Positions 50,520-63,739 of a stretch of 64,000 nucleotides of DNA are shown piece after piece. How positions within the stretch are numbered: the first letter of the stretch is position 1; each line of letters begins with the position of its first letter. Below the pieces are notes generated by a model. That model saw only the letters and a program-made list of their open reading frames with translations. It ran no database searches and was not told the DNA's origin. This DNA comes from Camelus dromedarius. Its lineage: Eukaryota. The translations under genes were made by a program, and so were the position numbers. The stretch is taken from the NCBI RefSeq assembly GCF_036321535.1, contig NC_087436.1:47618001-47682000 (forward strand). Direction: 5' to 3'.

Positions 50520-50989
50520 TTTTTTTTTTGGAAGTATAGTTGACTAACAGTATTATATTAGTTTCAGGTGTAAAGTGTAGTGATTCAATATTTTTCTAGA
50601 TTATACGCCACATAAAGTTGTTCTAAAATATGAACTACTATATATAAGACAGATAAAAGACAAATTTCTTCTGTATAGCACAGGGAACTACATTCAGTAT
50701 CTTGTAGTAACCTATAACGAAAAAGAATATACGTATGTATATGTATGACTGAAACATTATGCTGTACACTAGAAATTGGCACATTGTAACTGACTATACT
50801 TCAATTTAAAAAAATGTTGGCTATATTCCCTGTACATTACATCCTTGGGTGTTAATGTAAATTGGTACAGCCACTATGGAAAATAGCATGGAAGTTCCTC
50901 AAAAAGTTAAAACTAGAACTACTATATGATCCAGTAATTCCATTCCTGGGTATATACCTCAAGAAAATGAAAATACTAATTCAGAAATT
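50520..50989 (-). mobile_element. 5'-inverted (twin-primed) L1 insertion
   Basis: Poly-T plus antisense L1 3' end (50520-50630 and 50814-50848), then a sense L1 segment 'aatgtaaattggtacagccactatggaaaatagc...' (50849-50989). Host sequence 'taagtttt' is duplicated on both sides. Confidence 0.75.
50633..50813 (+). mobile_element. Young L1 3' end nested in the inverted L1
   Basis: 'ctgtatagcacagggaactacattcagtatcttgtagtaacctataacgaaaaagaat...ttgtaactgactatacttcaatttaaaaaaa'. This is the reverse-complement homolog of 6128-6300. Confidence 0.88.
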
Positions 50990-51311
50990 AAGTTTTGAAA
51001 TTTGAAGTGTGAGTCTTTTAACTTTGCTCTTTCTCAAGATTGTTATGACTAAGCTGAGTCCCTTCCATTTCCATGTGAATTTTAGGATCGCCTCACTAAT
51101 TTCTGCAAAATGCTTAGCTGCCATTGTGATTTTGATACAGATTGTATCAAATCTATAGATCTTATTGATTTGTGTTGAATTGTGTTGAATCTAAATATCT
51201 TAACAGTAAAGTCTTCTGATCCATCAATGTGGGATGTCTCTTCATTTATTTAGATTTTCTTTAATTTCTTTCAATAATGTGTATACTTTTCAATGGAGTA
51301 GATTTGCACTT

Positions 51312-52970
51312 CTTTTTTTCTTTTTCTTTTTTATTGAAGTATAGTTGATTTACAGTGCTGTGTTACTTTCTGGTATACAGCACAGTAATTCAGTCATACA
51401 TATACATATTCTTCTTAGGTTATTACAAGATATTGAATATAGTTCCCTGTGATATACTATATGACTTGTTGTTTATCTATTTTATGTATAGGCGTTTATA
51501 TCTGCTAATACCAAACTCCTAATTTATCCCTCACCCCTCTTTCCCCTTTGGTTACCATAAGTTTGTTTTCTGTCTGTGAGTCTGTTTCTGTTTTGTAAAT
51601 AAGTTCATTCGTCTCATTTTTTAGATTCCACACATATAAGTGATAATCATGTGATATTTGTCTTTTTCTGTCTGACATATCACTTAGTATTGATAATCTC
51701 TATGTCCATCCATGTTGCTGCAAGTGGCATTATTTCACTCTTTTTAATGGCCAAGTAGTATTCCATTGTAAATATATACCACAACTTCTTTATCCAATCA
51801 TCTATGGATGGACATTTAGGTTGCTTCCATGTTTTGGTTATTGTAAATAGTGCTTCTATGAACATTGGGGTGCATGTATCTTTTTGAATTGGAGTTCCCT
51901 CTGGTTATATGCTCAGGAGTGGGATTGCTGGATCATATAGTAACTCTATTTTCAGTTTTTTAAGGAATCTCCATATGGTTTTCCATATTGGCTGCACCAA
52001 ATTACATTCCCGCCAACAGTGTAGAAGGGTTCCCTTTTCTCCACACCCTCTCTCACATTTATTGTTTGTGGACATTTTAATAATGGTCATTCTGACTGGT
52101 GTGAGGTGATACCTCATTGTAGTTTTGATTTGCATTTCTCTAATAATTAGCAATGTTGAGCATCTTTTCATGTGCTATTGGCCATCTGTATGTCTTCATT
52201 AGAGACATGTCTGTTTAGGTCTTCTGCCCACTTTTGGATTGTGGTGTTTGTTTTTGTTATTGAGTTATATGAGCTGTTTGTATATTCTGGAAGCTAAGCT
52301 CTTGTCAGTTGCATTGTTTGGAAATATTTTCTCCCATTCTGTAGGTTGTCTTTTCGTTTTGTTTATGGTTTCCTTTGCTGTGCAAAAGCTTCTAAGTTTA
52401 AAAGTCCCATTTGTTTATTTTTGCTTTTATTTCTATTGCTTTGGTAGACTGACCTTGGAAAACATTGCTATGATTTATGTCAGAGATGTTTTACCTATGT
52501 TCTTTTCTGGGATATTTATGGTATCTTGTCTTATGTTTAATTTTTTAAGCCATTTTGAATTTATTTTTGTAAATGATGTGAGGGAGTGTTCTAACTTCAT
52601 TGATTCATATGTGGCTGTCCAGCTTTTGCAACACCACTTGCTGAAGAGACTGTCTTTTCTCTGTTGTATATTCTTGCCTCCTTTGTTGAAGATTAATTGA
52701 CCATAGGTGTATGGTTTCACTTTCTATTTTGTTCTATTGACTCATATGTCTGTTTTTGTGCCAATACCATAATGTTATGATGATTGTAGCTCTATAGTAT
52801 TGTCTGAAGTCTGAGAGGGTTCTTCCTCCAGCTTCATTCTTTTTCTTCAGTATTGCTTTGACAATTCTGGGTCTTTTGTGATTCCATATAAATTTTAGGA
52901 TTATTTGTTCTAATTCTGTGAAAAATGTCTAGGGTAATTTGATAAAAATCACATTAAATCTGTAGATGAC
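51312..52970 (-). mobile_element. Young 5'-truncated L1 (ORF2 C-terminus, 3' UTR, poly-A)
   Basis: ORF track [28 protein letters not shown]...[14 protein letters not shown] (cysteine-rich C-terminus) and YGQLIFNKGGKNIQ...SLFSKWC. T tail at ~51312-51332. Imperfect TSD cacttcttt / catttcttt. Confidence 0.93.
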
Positions 52971-54059
52971 TTTCATTTCTTTGTTAAAATTATTTCTAAG
53001 TGCTTTATCTTTTTGAGGCACTGATAAAATTGTTTTCTTAATTTCTTTCTGGGATTGTTCATTGCTAGTATATACAAATACAATTGATGTTTGTATATTG
53101 ATTTTATATCCTGCAACTTTGCTGAGTTTGTTTGTTAGTTATAGTAGTTTTCCTGTTGTTTCATAGGATTTTTTTAATATATAAGATCACATTATCTGCA
53201 AATTAAAATAGTTTTACTTCTTTCTTTCCAATCTGGATGCCTTTTATTTCTCTTCCTTGCTCAACTGACTTGGCTAGGCCCTCCATTCCATTGTTGGAGA
53301 GAAGTGGTAAGAGTGAACATCCGTATCTTCTTCCTTATCTTAGAGGGGAAAGGATTAGTGCTCACCATTAACTGTGATATTAGCTCTGGGTTTTTCATAA
53401 TGTCTTACCAGGCTAAAGAAGTTCTCTTCTATTCCTAGCTTGTTGAATGTTTTTATCATGACAACATTTGTCAAATTCTTTTTATTTATCTATTTAGATG
53501 GTCATGTGATTTTTGTCCTTTATTCTTTTCATATGGTATATTACATTAAATTGATTTTCAGAGAACAACCTTGCATTCCTAGGATAAATCCCACTTGATC
53601 AAGCTGTATAATCCTTTTTGTATGTTGCTAAATTTAGTTTGTTAGTATATTGCTAAGAATTTTTGCACCTATTTTTATAAGAAGATATTTGTCTGTAACT
53701 TTCTTTTTTTGTGATGTCTTTGCTTTGTTTTGTTATCAAGTTAATATTGGTTTCATAGAATGAGTTAGGAAATATTCCTTCTTGTTTATTTTGGAATAAC
53801 TTGTAAAGAATTTGTATTAATTCTTTAAATTCTTGGTGAAATTCAAAGTAAAGCCATCTGGGCCTAGGCTTTTATTGTATGAAGTTTTAAAATTACTGTT
53901 TTGATTTTTTAATTTATTATAGATCTACTCAAATTTTCTGTTTCTTCTTGAGTCAGGTTTTGGTAGTTTTGTCTCTTCCTAGGAATTTGTCTGTTTCATT
54001 TGTTACCTAATTTTATGGCATATTATTCATTCCAAGTCCTTTAAAATTACATTTAAGTT

Positions 54060-54480
54060 TTACATATTGAAGTATAAATTACACATATGAATTGTTCATA
54101 TTTTCACTGTTCTATGACTTTAATGAATGCATATAACCCAGATCCTATGAAGATACACAGCATTTCCATTATCTCAGAAGTTTTCCTCATTCCCTTTCCC
54201 AGTAATTCCCTTCCTTTTGCTGAAGGTAGATATTATTCTGATTTCTATCACTGTAGATTAGTTTCTATTCTCAGGAAATAACTAATCTGCTTTCCATTAC
54301 TGTAAATTAGTTTGATATTCTAGAATTTTATATAAGTGGAATCATAAAGTAAGCACTCTGCTTTTTCTGGTTTCTTTCACTCAGCATAACTATTTTGAGA
54401 TTCATTTATATTGTTACATGTATCAGTAGTTTATTCTTTCTATTGCTGAGTGGTATTCCATTGAATAGATATACCACAGA
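54060..54480 (-). mobile_element. Old L1M 3' UTR fragment
   Basis: 'ttgaagtataaattacacata', 'tagaattttatataagtggaatcata...ctttcactcagcataac...tattgctgagtggtattccattgaatagatataccaca'. Confidence 0.8.
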
Positions 54481-55329
54481 CATTCTCTCTTCTGACTGGT
54501 TTTAGCTGGTTACCTTTTGCAAAACTCTTCCTTTGTAATCACTCACTCAGTTCTCTTTCCCTCCTTCCCTGATTTTCTTGGACACTGGGCTCCATCTTAG
54601 TCTCGTTCACCTTTTGCTTAGCTGAGCTTCCATCTCCTTCAGTCTAATCCTTTCTTTTATTCTTTTGCCATTGCTCATTATAAAGAACAAAAATGTAAGT
54701 CTGTATGAATTTCCCAAAGGGTGACATTCTGAGGTTAGGAACCCAGGAGGGGCCTGACACTGAGAGGTGCTTTTCTTTATGTTGGTTCTTGGATTCTCAG
54801 GAAAATTGTGGGATGTACTCATTTAAACTTCAGGGTACATTGCCTCAAAAACCATTTTGGGTGAAAACACAGTATAAATAATAAATAAATAAAATATCCT
54901 CCTAGTTACTCGTCTTTGATATGCCAGGTGTGGTTTAAGGAACTTCTGGTAAATCCTGGATATGGCGCATTAAGGCAGATCTGTTATCTATTATTAGGGC
55001 CTGGATAAAGGAAGCCCATTTTTAGATGGTTTCCTCCCCCTGGGTATCTTGAACTGGGTGTTAAAGAGTGGAACATATGTTTTAGATGTAGAAATTCATG
55101 AATAAAATGGCCTTTGGGTAAGCCTAGGTATTTTAAACATCTGGTCCTCAAATGCAGGAATCAACTTTCTATTCCTCTTGATGTAAGAACTATCACGTAG
55201 GTAGGGGGAAATTCCAGGGCCACAGCAATAGCCTTTTAACTGATCTCATTGTCTTCATTCTTTCCTCATATTATTATATTTTAATATTTTTATTTTTCTG
55301 TAACACAGACATGATTGTTTCTAATTAAA

Positions 55330-55990
55330 AAAAAAAAAGCCTTTGACAGTCTTCTGTTTCCTTTAGAATGACGTTCAATTCCCATCTCTTGGCACTAGAA
55401 GGCTTTTACCACTTATTTCCTTTCATTCTCCACGTCTTCTACAACTTTCCGTTGTAAGCAATGTGACTAGCCTGGGCATTTTCATGTCTCTGTATCTTTG
55501 CTTCTTCTGTTTCCTCTGCCTAGAATATCTTTTCTTCTGAAATTGTATGTACCTTTCAGTACTCAACTCCTATGTCACCCTCCATGAACACTAATCCTGA
55601 GTTTTTTCCATATCATAATTACTGTCTCTTCTGGCTGTTCTGGAGTTACAGCAGCTAAGATTTACTATTCACATGCTAAGAGGTAGGTACTATCATTATA
55701 CCCCTTTTTAGTTAACAGACCCACAGCTGGTAAGTGGCAGGATTCAAGTGTCAGTGTTTCTCACTCCAGCACTCATACTTTTATCACCTATGACTGAAGC
55801 ACCTTGTGTGCCTTTTATTATGGAACTTATAACTGAATATATTGCACTTTACTTCAAAAATTATTTGCTTTGACAGTAGAAATTTTACTCATTCACCAGC
55901 TATCCCACAATGCCTTGCAGAAGGCCCTTCATCACAACTATTTAGTAAATTAAGAAAATGTTTGACGAATTCTGCTTATGCCAGGCATCC
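55330..55990. mobile_element. L2 and MIR fragments
   Basis: L2-like 'gcttcttctgtttcctctgcctagaatatc' and MIR-like 'aggtaggtactatcattatacccc...cacagctggtaagtggcaggattcaa'. Confidence 0.55.
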
Positions 55991-58900
55991 ATTCAAACTA
56001 TCCTAAAGAGAAGTGAGAAATCTATTCAGGCATAATAAATCTGTTAGAAATATTAGGCATATTTCTGAGCCTAACAGAGAGATCTCAAGAAATAGAAGTG
56101 CAAGAAATGAGAAAGGGGAAAGGCGTCAGAAAATAAGGTGACCATGTTTTGACTCTTTCTTAGGAGTTATGTGGTTTCTTGTGTCCTCTTTTTGACCACT
56201 TTCTCTTTCTCTCCCTCTTGCTCTCACTTTCCCTCTTACTTTGTGACAAGAAGTGATGACTCTATTCATGTAGCATCATTTTCCCTATGCTCCACTGCCA
56301 ACAATAAACTGACTGGAATTCTATGACCCCTGTTTTTATTCATGAAAGATGAAATCTGAACAGGGCAGGTGCTTACCCTTGGCGCACCAACCTGTAACCA
56401 GAGGACAAGAGGCACTACCAAAATAACCTCAGAGCTGTAGAGACAGTTCTCAGGGAAGGGAGGACTTAGAACAAGCAGAAACCTCTAAAATAGTATCTGC
56501 TTAGATAAATTAATGTTCATATCTTACTAAATTAATGTTTCATGTGCTATGTTTTCCATGTGTTCTGGTAATAACAATTATTTTGTTGCTTCTTAATTGA
56601 AAATGTGGACACCAAAAGACAATGTGTTTGAATATTTCAATTCCAGAGCTCTGCTCCTTAAATCTCATTGAACAAGACAATAGCAAAAGCATTCCCATGT
56701 CTTTGCTTTCAGAGAAGAAGTTGTCCATGTTGCCTATGCACTTGAAAATATTTTGTACTTGGTGGCTAGGAGATTTTAAAAAGTTTAATTATACAACGTA
56801 ATCCATGCTTTCAGTGTTAATAAGTGACTGGATATCATGCCATGCCATATTGACCTTTAAGAGGTCTCTAATTTTTGGAAGGAACATATAATCCCTCAGA
56901 GAAACCCACTTGGATGCAGAGGACATAAATCCTTCTGTACCCAATGTATCTCTTAAGGTTTTATCAAAAACTGTGTATCTTACTGTCTCTGATGAACAGT
57001 GAAAAGAAGTTGTTTTTCTCACTGCTTATCTGCTTGGTAAGTTGGTGGTTCCTCATAGAAAGGATTTTACCCCCTATTTGAGTAAAGTGTCAGATACTTC
57101 CCATCATTTTCAGTGGGAATGGCAGCCAGATCTATCACTGCACAGTGAGCCATGCCAAAGGCAAGGATGTCCAGGAGTGGACCACAAATTGCCTCCGAGG
57201 ATTTCGTATCATAATTTATTAATTGAGTGCTGACAGTGTGTTTGCCTCTCTGTTAAGGGAGGGAGAAGAAGCAGATTCAGCTTTTTCTATTCAGTGTGTG
57301 AGTCAGTCATACAATACGGGGTTGGTTGAAATACTCTCGTGGCTACATCATCTCAAGTATGAGCTGCTTTATTTGCATGGTCTAATTTCTTCTCATGCAA
57401 TGGGGGAAATTATGGTTTAATAGCATTAGAAAGGTATGAAGTCCAGAAAAATTCTGAGAGATGAAAAACAACTGCCTAATCAAAAAATAATCCTTCTCTT
57501 TTCCTTTTGCCATCTAAATCCTATCTTCTCACCCTCAACGTGTGAACTAGAGTAATTTGGCTTGTTGTATGTGTAGAAGAGAGTAACCCTCAGAAATGAA
57601 CCCAAATTCATTTTATTTCTCTGGAGATTTGTGGTTCTTCAATATTAGTGCATATTCCTTGACTGTGTGACAGGAGGAGAGATTGGGTGAAAGCCAGACT
57701 GAGTCTTTACCATGCCTCGCAAATGCCAATTATTCAATTGGATTACTTCTTCTGTTAACAAGTTCCTTTGCTTTCTTAGACAGTTATATAGGGAATTCTC
57801 CCCAAGTTCTTCCAATCTCATATGACCCAGATGTTGTCTCTATAAGGCTAAAAATGTGAACAAATTATGAAAAACTTGAAACAACTTTAGACTGTTAGTT
57901 TCCCTTGGGACAGGATAGCTTGAGAATGCATTACCTTCAAGTCTGTGTTAAGTGATTGATGAATTCAATAAAGGTATTTGATTTTTAATAGGAACTATTT
58001 CTTGGAAGAAGTATCAGTGAAGGTAACTAATTGCACCTACATGTAATTCTGAATCCACGAGGATGAACATGTATTTGTTTACTATATTGCATGAGGAAGA
58101 AGGAAGATAGAATTATGATACAGGAAACAGGAGTCAAAGTAGAACAAAATTTTTAACTGGCAGATACAGTGGGATAAAAGGTTACAGCTAAAAACACAAA
58201 GCGTGAATTTTGAGTTTCTCAGATAAAGAAAGTACTTACGACCATCAGGTAATAGTATAGTACTTCCAATTTCACTTTATGGCAAAACATTTTTTATTAT
58301 CTCTTGATGCAGAAATTACAGGTATAATTTCTTTTGCAAACAAACTATGCATCTTCTATAGTAAATGAAATGATCACAAGCAACTTTATTTGTGATTGAT
58401 TTCTTCTATGGAAACAAAATATTGGCTGAGATTTTTGGTTTTGGCTCAATTATATATTTCTTGTGCACCTATTATGTGCAGGGCTTGAACTTGGAACTAG
58501 AGGATATGCTCATTTTATTACTGTGCTGTCCACACTCAACATCTCAATAAACATACACAATTGCACTCCTGATATAGAAGCCAAACTTAATTCATGGATT
58601 TTCAATATTCATCTTTACTGTAGCTCTAATGCAAGATCACCCTATTTCAAGCCATTTTCTTGATCCTTTCTACAATAAAAAATATTCTGGCCAGCAGAGC
58701 TGTTGTGGGATTAGAGCTTGTTGTAAGTTGACTAGTATGGATGTCAATCCAAAGGCCACTCAGTGTAGCAGAGCAGCCCTTGGGATTTGGAACACTTTGG
58801 ATTCTTCCTCCAAAAGCATCTATAATGAACAGAGTTATTTTGAAAGCATTCCCTGCAGTTCATGCCTGAATTCAACCAACTGGGAACAGGAAAGCAGATC

Positions 58901-61900
58901 CCTCTCAATACACCACTAACTTGGATTTCTATGGTATTATGCACAATCTTCTCATTTATTTTTACAGTGATGGAGTGGTTTCTGAGCCAAGTTCTGCAGG
59001 CGTTTGGGGGAGAAGGAAAAGGTTTTAGATGGTTCCAAATTCTTGAAGTGATGATTGATGTTTTTTATATTCTTGCTCTTCTTCAGAAATGAAAACAAAC
59101 GCACCAAACTACGCACCTTAGAGCAGAAGGATGCAATTCTTGGCCTCTTGGCTCTTTTTGGCAACAGTCAATTCCTTTGATTCAAGAATGTTTTGTTTGT
59201 TCTGCTGCCCTTTAAATTCTATTGTCTGTATTCTGAGAATTGCTTCTCCATCTTTTTACTAACTTGTTTTATTACTTTGAACCAGAAAATTAGAAAACAG
59301 AAACTGAACCCAGCAGAAGTAGATGATAAGACCACATTAATCGTGAAAGTGGTATCTATCATCCCCTTTAGCGTTTGCTTAGCAATTTCATAGATGTGAC
59401 TTCTTCTTTTTAACACCCTCTTTTCCTAGAGGAGGTAGTTTACTAGAAAGGGATTTTGATTCCTGCAACTTTTGTTAGTTCTCAGATACACGTGCAATAA
59501 GTCATTATATGGAAATTACATCAGTAAACGCATGCTGATTTTTGTTTAAGGAAAACCCTGTAACATAAACAAGAACTGTCAGTGATCTAGCACTTTTTAT
59601 TTACTGACAGTCTTTCCCCCAAATCCTTTTCTCTTATTTAAAAAAAAATTATTAACTATGACCTTCAGAATTTACTTTGTAATGTGGGTTAATTGTTGAT
59701 AGGATGTATTTTAGACCAAGCAAAACACGACATTTACTACATAGTTATTAAAGAGTAAAAATAATTGGAAGAAACAATTATCCAAGAAGCCTAAATGAAT
59801 AAAAATGCCTAAACAAAAAAATCTTTTATTACAAGAAATTCTTTTCCTTATGCATAATGAAATCCTATCAATTTGCTTCATTGGAACTATGTTTTAATGA
59901 TTTAACAGTATTAAATCTAACAAGTCATTTCCAATGTAGAATGCATCAAATATTTCTTTCAGTATCTAGCTGAATCAGAGCCATGTAAATGTGTTCTCCA
60001 GTATCCAAGAGCAATGTAAGGAGTAGAAGGGGTTTGTGATTCTGTGACAGAATTGAAAATAGCAAGAGTAAAAGGTAAGCTTTGTTTCCCAGGAATAACC
60101 AACTATGGAGGAAATTTTTACTGCTCTAGTATCTAGATTATTCTAGCTATTTTAGGACAATATCTGAGAGCTCTGACATAGTCAGGAAATTATATGTTGA
60201 TATATGGAAAATCTCTTCTACGACAAGAGGAGTGTGAGAAGTTCTTTAATTATTCTTTGTAAAATTGACCCTCTGTTTCCTGTACTTACCTTATGCTTGT
60301 GGTGCAACTCCTGAGCTAAAAACTGAAATTGCTTTAACTTCATTTAGAGATCAAAGAAAAATCTTTTTAATTTTATGTATTTATTTATTTTTTGATTTTA
60401 GTTTTAGTTTTGACTTTACAGTATAGGAATGAATAAAATGAATAAAAATGAAAGACTAATGGAATTAAATTTAACTCTAGAATAAGTCTCAAGTAGATTC
60501 AAAATTAGTTAATAGTAGATGTTGAAAGTAGTGATGATAAGAGCAAGGTAAATAAAATTTCATTCTTTTAAGACAATCGTCTTGTGCCAGAATTAACTGG
60601 GGCTGCCAGAGGCAGTCCTTATATAAAGCTATAAGCTTGTTGATGTAGTAAGTTTAGATAAAAGGGATTATACCTAAAATGTTTTGACATAATCATCATC
60701 ATTAAAGAACAATGGCCACGAAGAATAATGGCCTCAAGAAGCACAATCCACCTTTGCTATTCTTTCCTAGAAGCCCAGGATAATTTTTATGGAACCAAAG
60801 CTGAAAGCTGTTACTGTATTCTCCTGCTTCACCTGCTAAAGTTCCAGTAGATACTTTGAAAACTGAATGAAGAAATGAGTAATGGAACTGTGGCTGTAAA
60901 ACAAAGGATCTGAAATAACACATGGACCTTCTGCCTACTTTCAAAAATTATGAGAATTGCTTCTTTCTTGAGGTAGACCACATGTATCACTATGAACATA
61001 ACATTTACCAACTTAACAGTGAATTAAAAGGTCTAAAATCTTGTAATGCTTGAAATGACTCTTCTAAATACCAACCCCCCCCAAAAAAATACAGAAAAAA
61101 GAAAAAAGCTGTGTCATGTCTCTTGGAATCTGCAACCCTGAATACCAACAAGAGAGTGATATAATTTTGGTTAAATGAGTTATCCTGGTATCTGGCTTAA
61201 AAGATGACCCAGAAAACACAGATGTTTCTGAAACATGTCATGTTTCTATTTTCTGTGAGATTTCTTTTTCTTTCCTGATCTTTTCTATTTCAGTATCTTT
61301 TCTTGAACTGAGTAATAATCAAATTTTGGAAGATACAGGTCATGCTCCCAGTAAAGCACTCTGCTCCCTTTCTTATCAGTGTGGGCTGACTCTAACAAGG
61401 GGGACCTGACTACATGTCAGCTAGAGGTTAAATTTGATTCATTAAATGATTTTGGCTTGCTAAAAAATAAAATGAAACAGGAGCCCAGAACTTCATAAAG
61501 ATGGCACCCAGTGGAATCCTGTGAGACAAAAATGTCAAAGGGTGAACTAGCAAAGCAAATCACACCTTTCACTCCACTTTCTAGAGACATTCTGATTGTG
61601 TTCTACCATACAGGAAGGAGGAACTTTATCTCATGTTCAGCCATTCTTGGCTTGGAAGACCATAGGGACACTGCTGTTCCTCTAGGCTCAAATTCTTGCT
61701 TTGGTGCTGTTTTGGAATATACTCAGTCTTAGGCTTGGGTCCATATCAGACAAGATATAAATTGACACTTCATCTTTCCCTTTTCAAATTTTCAGTACTA
61801 GGTTTAATGGGTTTGATATTGAATTGATCTTTGGGGGTGAGGAAAAAGGAGCATTTATTTGTCTGGAAATTCTCTTAGTCAGTCTCTCTGTGAAAGGATG

Positions 61901-62173
61901 CATGACTATTCAATTCACATTAGCACTCTATGGAGAAACAGTTACAAACTGACTGCTTTATAGGTGTGATATTTGGATATGCCTCAGCCAATGTCTTGAA
62001 CATACTTTTACACTCTCCTTTTGTTGATGAAAAATGAGAAATCAGTAGGTTTCCATGACCCCAAAACCAGGAGTTGAGGAACAGTCAAGCTGACTAATGT
62101 TGAAATGTCACTTCAGCAATCACAATGGTTGTAATGATAACCAGTGTTATGTTTTATAGATTAAAAGTACTTC

Positions 62174-62739
62174 TAAATAAACTGTGGTATATCCAGACAA
62201 TGAAATATTATTCAGCACTAAAAAGAAATGAGCTATCAAGCCATGAAAATTCATAGAGGAATCTTAAATGCATATTATTAAGTGAAAGAAGCCAATCTAA
62301 ACAGGTTATATACTGTATAATTTCCACTATATGACATCCTAGGAAATATAAAACTATGGAGACAATAAAAAGACTAGTGGTTGCTGGGGTTAGGGAGGAG
62401 GATGAGATGAATAGGTGGAATACCAAAGATTTTTAGGGCAGTAAAGCTATTCTATAAGATACTACAAAGGTGGATACATGTCATTATACACTTGTCCAAG
62501 CCCATAGAATTTCTGTATGACACAGAAGTAAACGCTGAACTATGGGCTTTAGGTAATAATGACATGTCAATGTAGGTTCATCAGTTACAGCAAATATACC
62601 ACTGTAGTGCGGGATGTCCATAGTGGTGAAGGTTGTGACGTGCATGTAGGAACAGAAAATATATGAAAACTCTGTTTTCTGCTCAATTTTTCTGTGAACC
62701 TAAAACTGCTCTAAAATTATGTTTACTAATTTTAAAAAA
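62174..62739 (+). mobile_element. 5'-truncated L1MC-type 3' UTR with intact 11-bp TSD
   Basis: 'ataaactgtggtatatccagacaatgaaatattattcagcactaaaaagaaatgagctatcaagccatg...ctgtgaacctaaaactgctctaaaa'. TSD aaaagtacttc at 62163-62173 and 62740-62750, at a TT/AAAA site. Confidence 0.9.
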
Positions 62740-63739
62740 AAAAGTACTTCCTTTATTAATCTTCACAATAATCCTATGGTATAGTTAAAGCATGTTATTT
62801 TCACTTTCAAAAAATACTGATCTAATGCCCATTCACTCTTTTAGGCACTGGGATTAGAGTAGAAAATGGTCCTTATTCCATGGAACTTACACAGCTCTAT
62901 TGATCTGATTACTACTCAGTTTGATGTAAAATTCTTTTAACTCTGTACCCAGTAGTCTTTCTACTACATTTTGAAAGCTCTTTGTGACTCAGCTTCAGTG
63001 GGCAGAATAGAATATAAAAGATATGAGACAAGATTACAGTTAAGTGGTCAAACGAAGCATTCCCAACTAAAAAGCATAGAAAAAAGGATATCTCAGTGTG
63101 AGATACTATACCTAGACTGCTTGTAAATATGAAATATTGAAAATTGAAAAAAATTCTCTTTAGGATATGATGATGCCTTAGAAACACTCTTTCTCTAGAT
63201 GAATTGCTTTCACAACTACAGAAAAGAGTGATTTTTGGAAGTATTTCTAATATTTCCATGGTAGATTTGACCAATATGTGGTCGTTTATAGCTTGGCTGT
63301 ACAATGCGTCTTTTTTCTTTTGAAAATACGTCTTTTTTAATAGACTATCTGGAAGAAGTTTAAAGGGAATGTGTTGATACTTAACTCTATTATAACAAAC
63401 ATTAGATGTGTTTCAAGTTCTTTTGTCAAAATTGGCCTAGATCTCACTAAGGTTATTTTCAAGTACAGAAATTCATTTCATCGACATCATTCCTTTATCA
63501 TCAGGATCTGCCTCTGCTTTGGCTAAATTAAATACTTTTCAAAACCACAATTTAATTATTTTTGAATCATCCATTTAAAAAACCACACCTTAAAATGGAA
63601 TTAAGTCCAGATTAATTATAATAAAAAAAACCCCTTGGCACTTCTTTAGGGTTCCACCCCAGGGTTTTCCAGCTTTATCACATTATAAAATAAACTCAAT
63701 TTCTGTACTTATTATTAAGTATCACTGACTTCTAATGTT

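Larger units (their letters stand above)
48980..54030 (-). mobile_element. Old L1M (L1MB/MC-like) 3' UTR plus ORF2, hosting several nested insertions
   Basis: 'aaatggaatcatataatacgtagtcttttgtgagtggcttactttcagttagcatg'. Antisense ORF2 continues through 49200-49950, 51000-51310 and 52970-54030 ('attatctgcaaat', 'ataaatcccacttgatca'). Confidence 0.88.

Noticed and set aside
52239..52700. 153-aa hydrophobic ORF, the longest in the track
   Set aside because: It is the antisense reading of L1 ORF2. T-rich antisense L1 commonly yields such pseudo-membrane ORFs.
55206..55215. NF-kB consensus GGGAAATTCC
   Set aside because: A single degenerate 10-mer can occur by chance in 64 kb, and there is no supporting cluster.
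62912..63304. 130-aa minus-strand ORF
   Set aside because: No recognisable domain, low-complexity AT-rich codons and no supporting splice structure.
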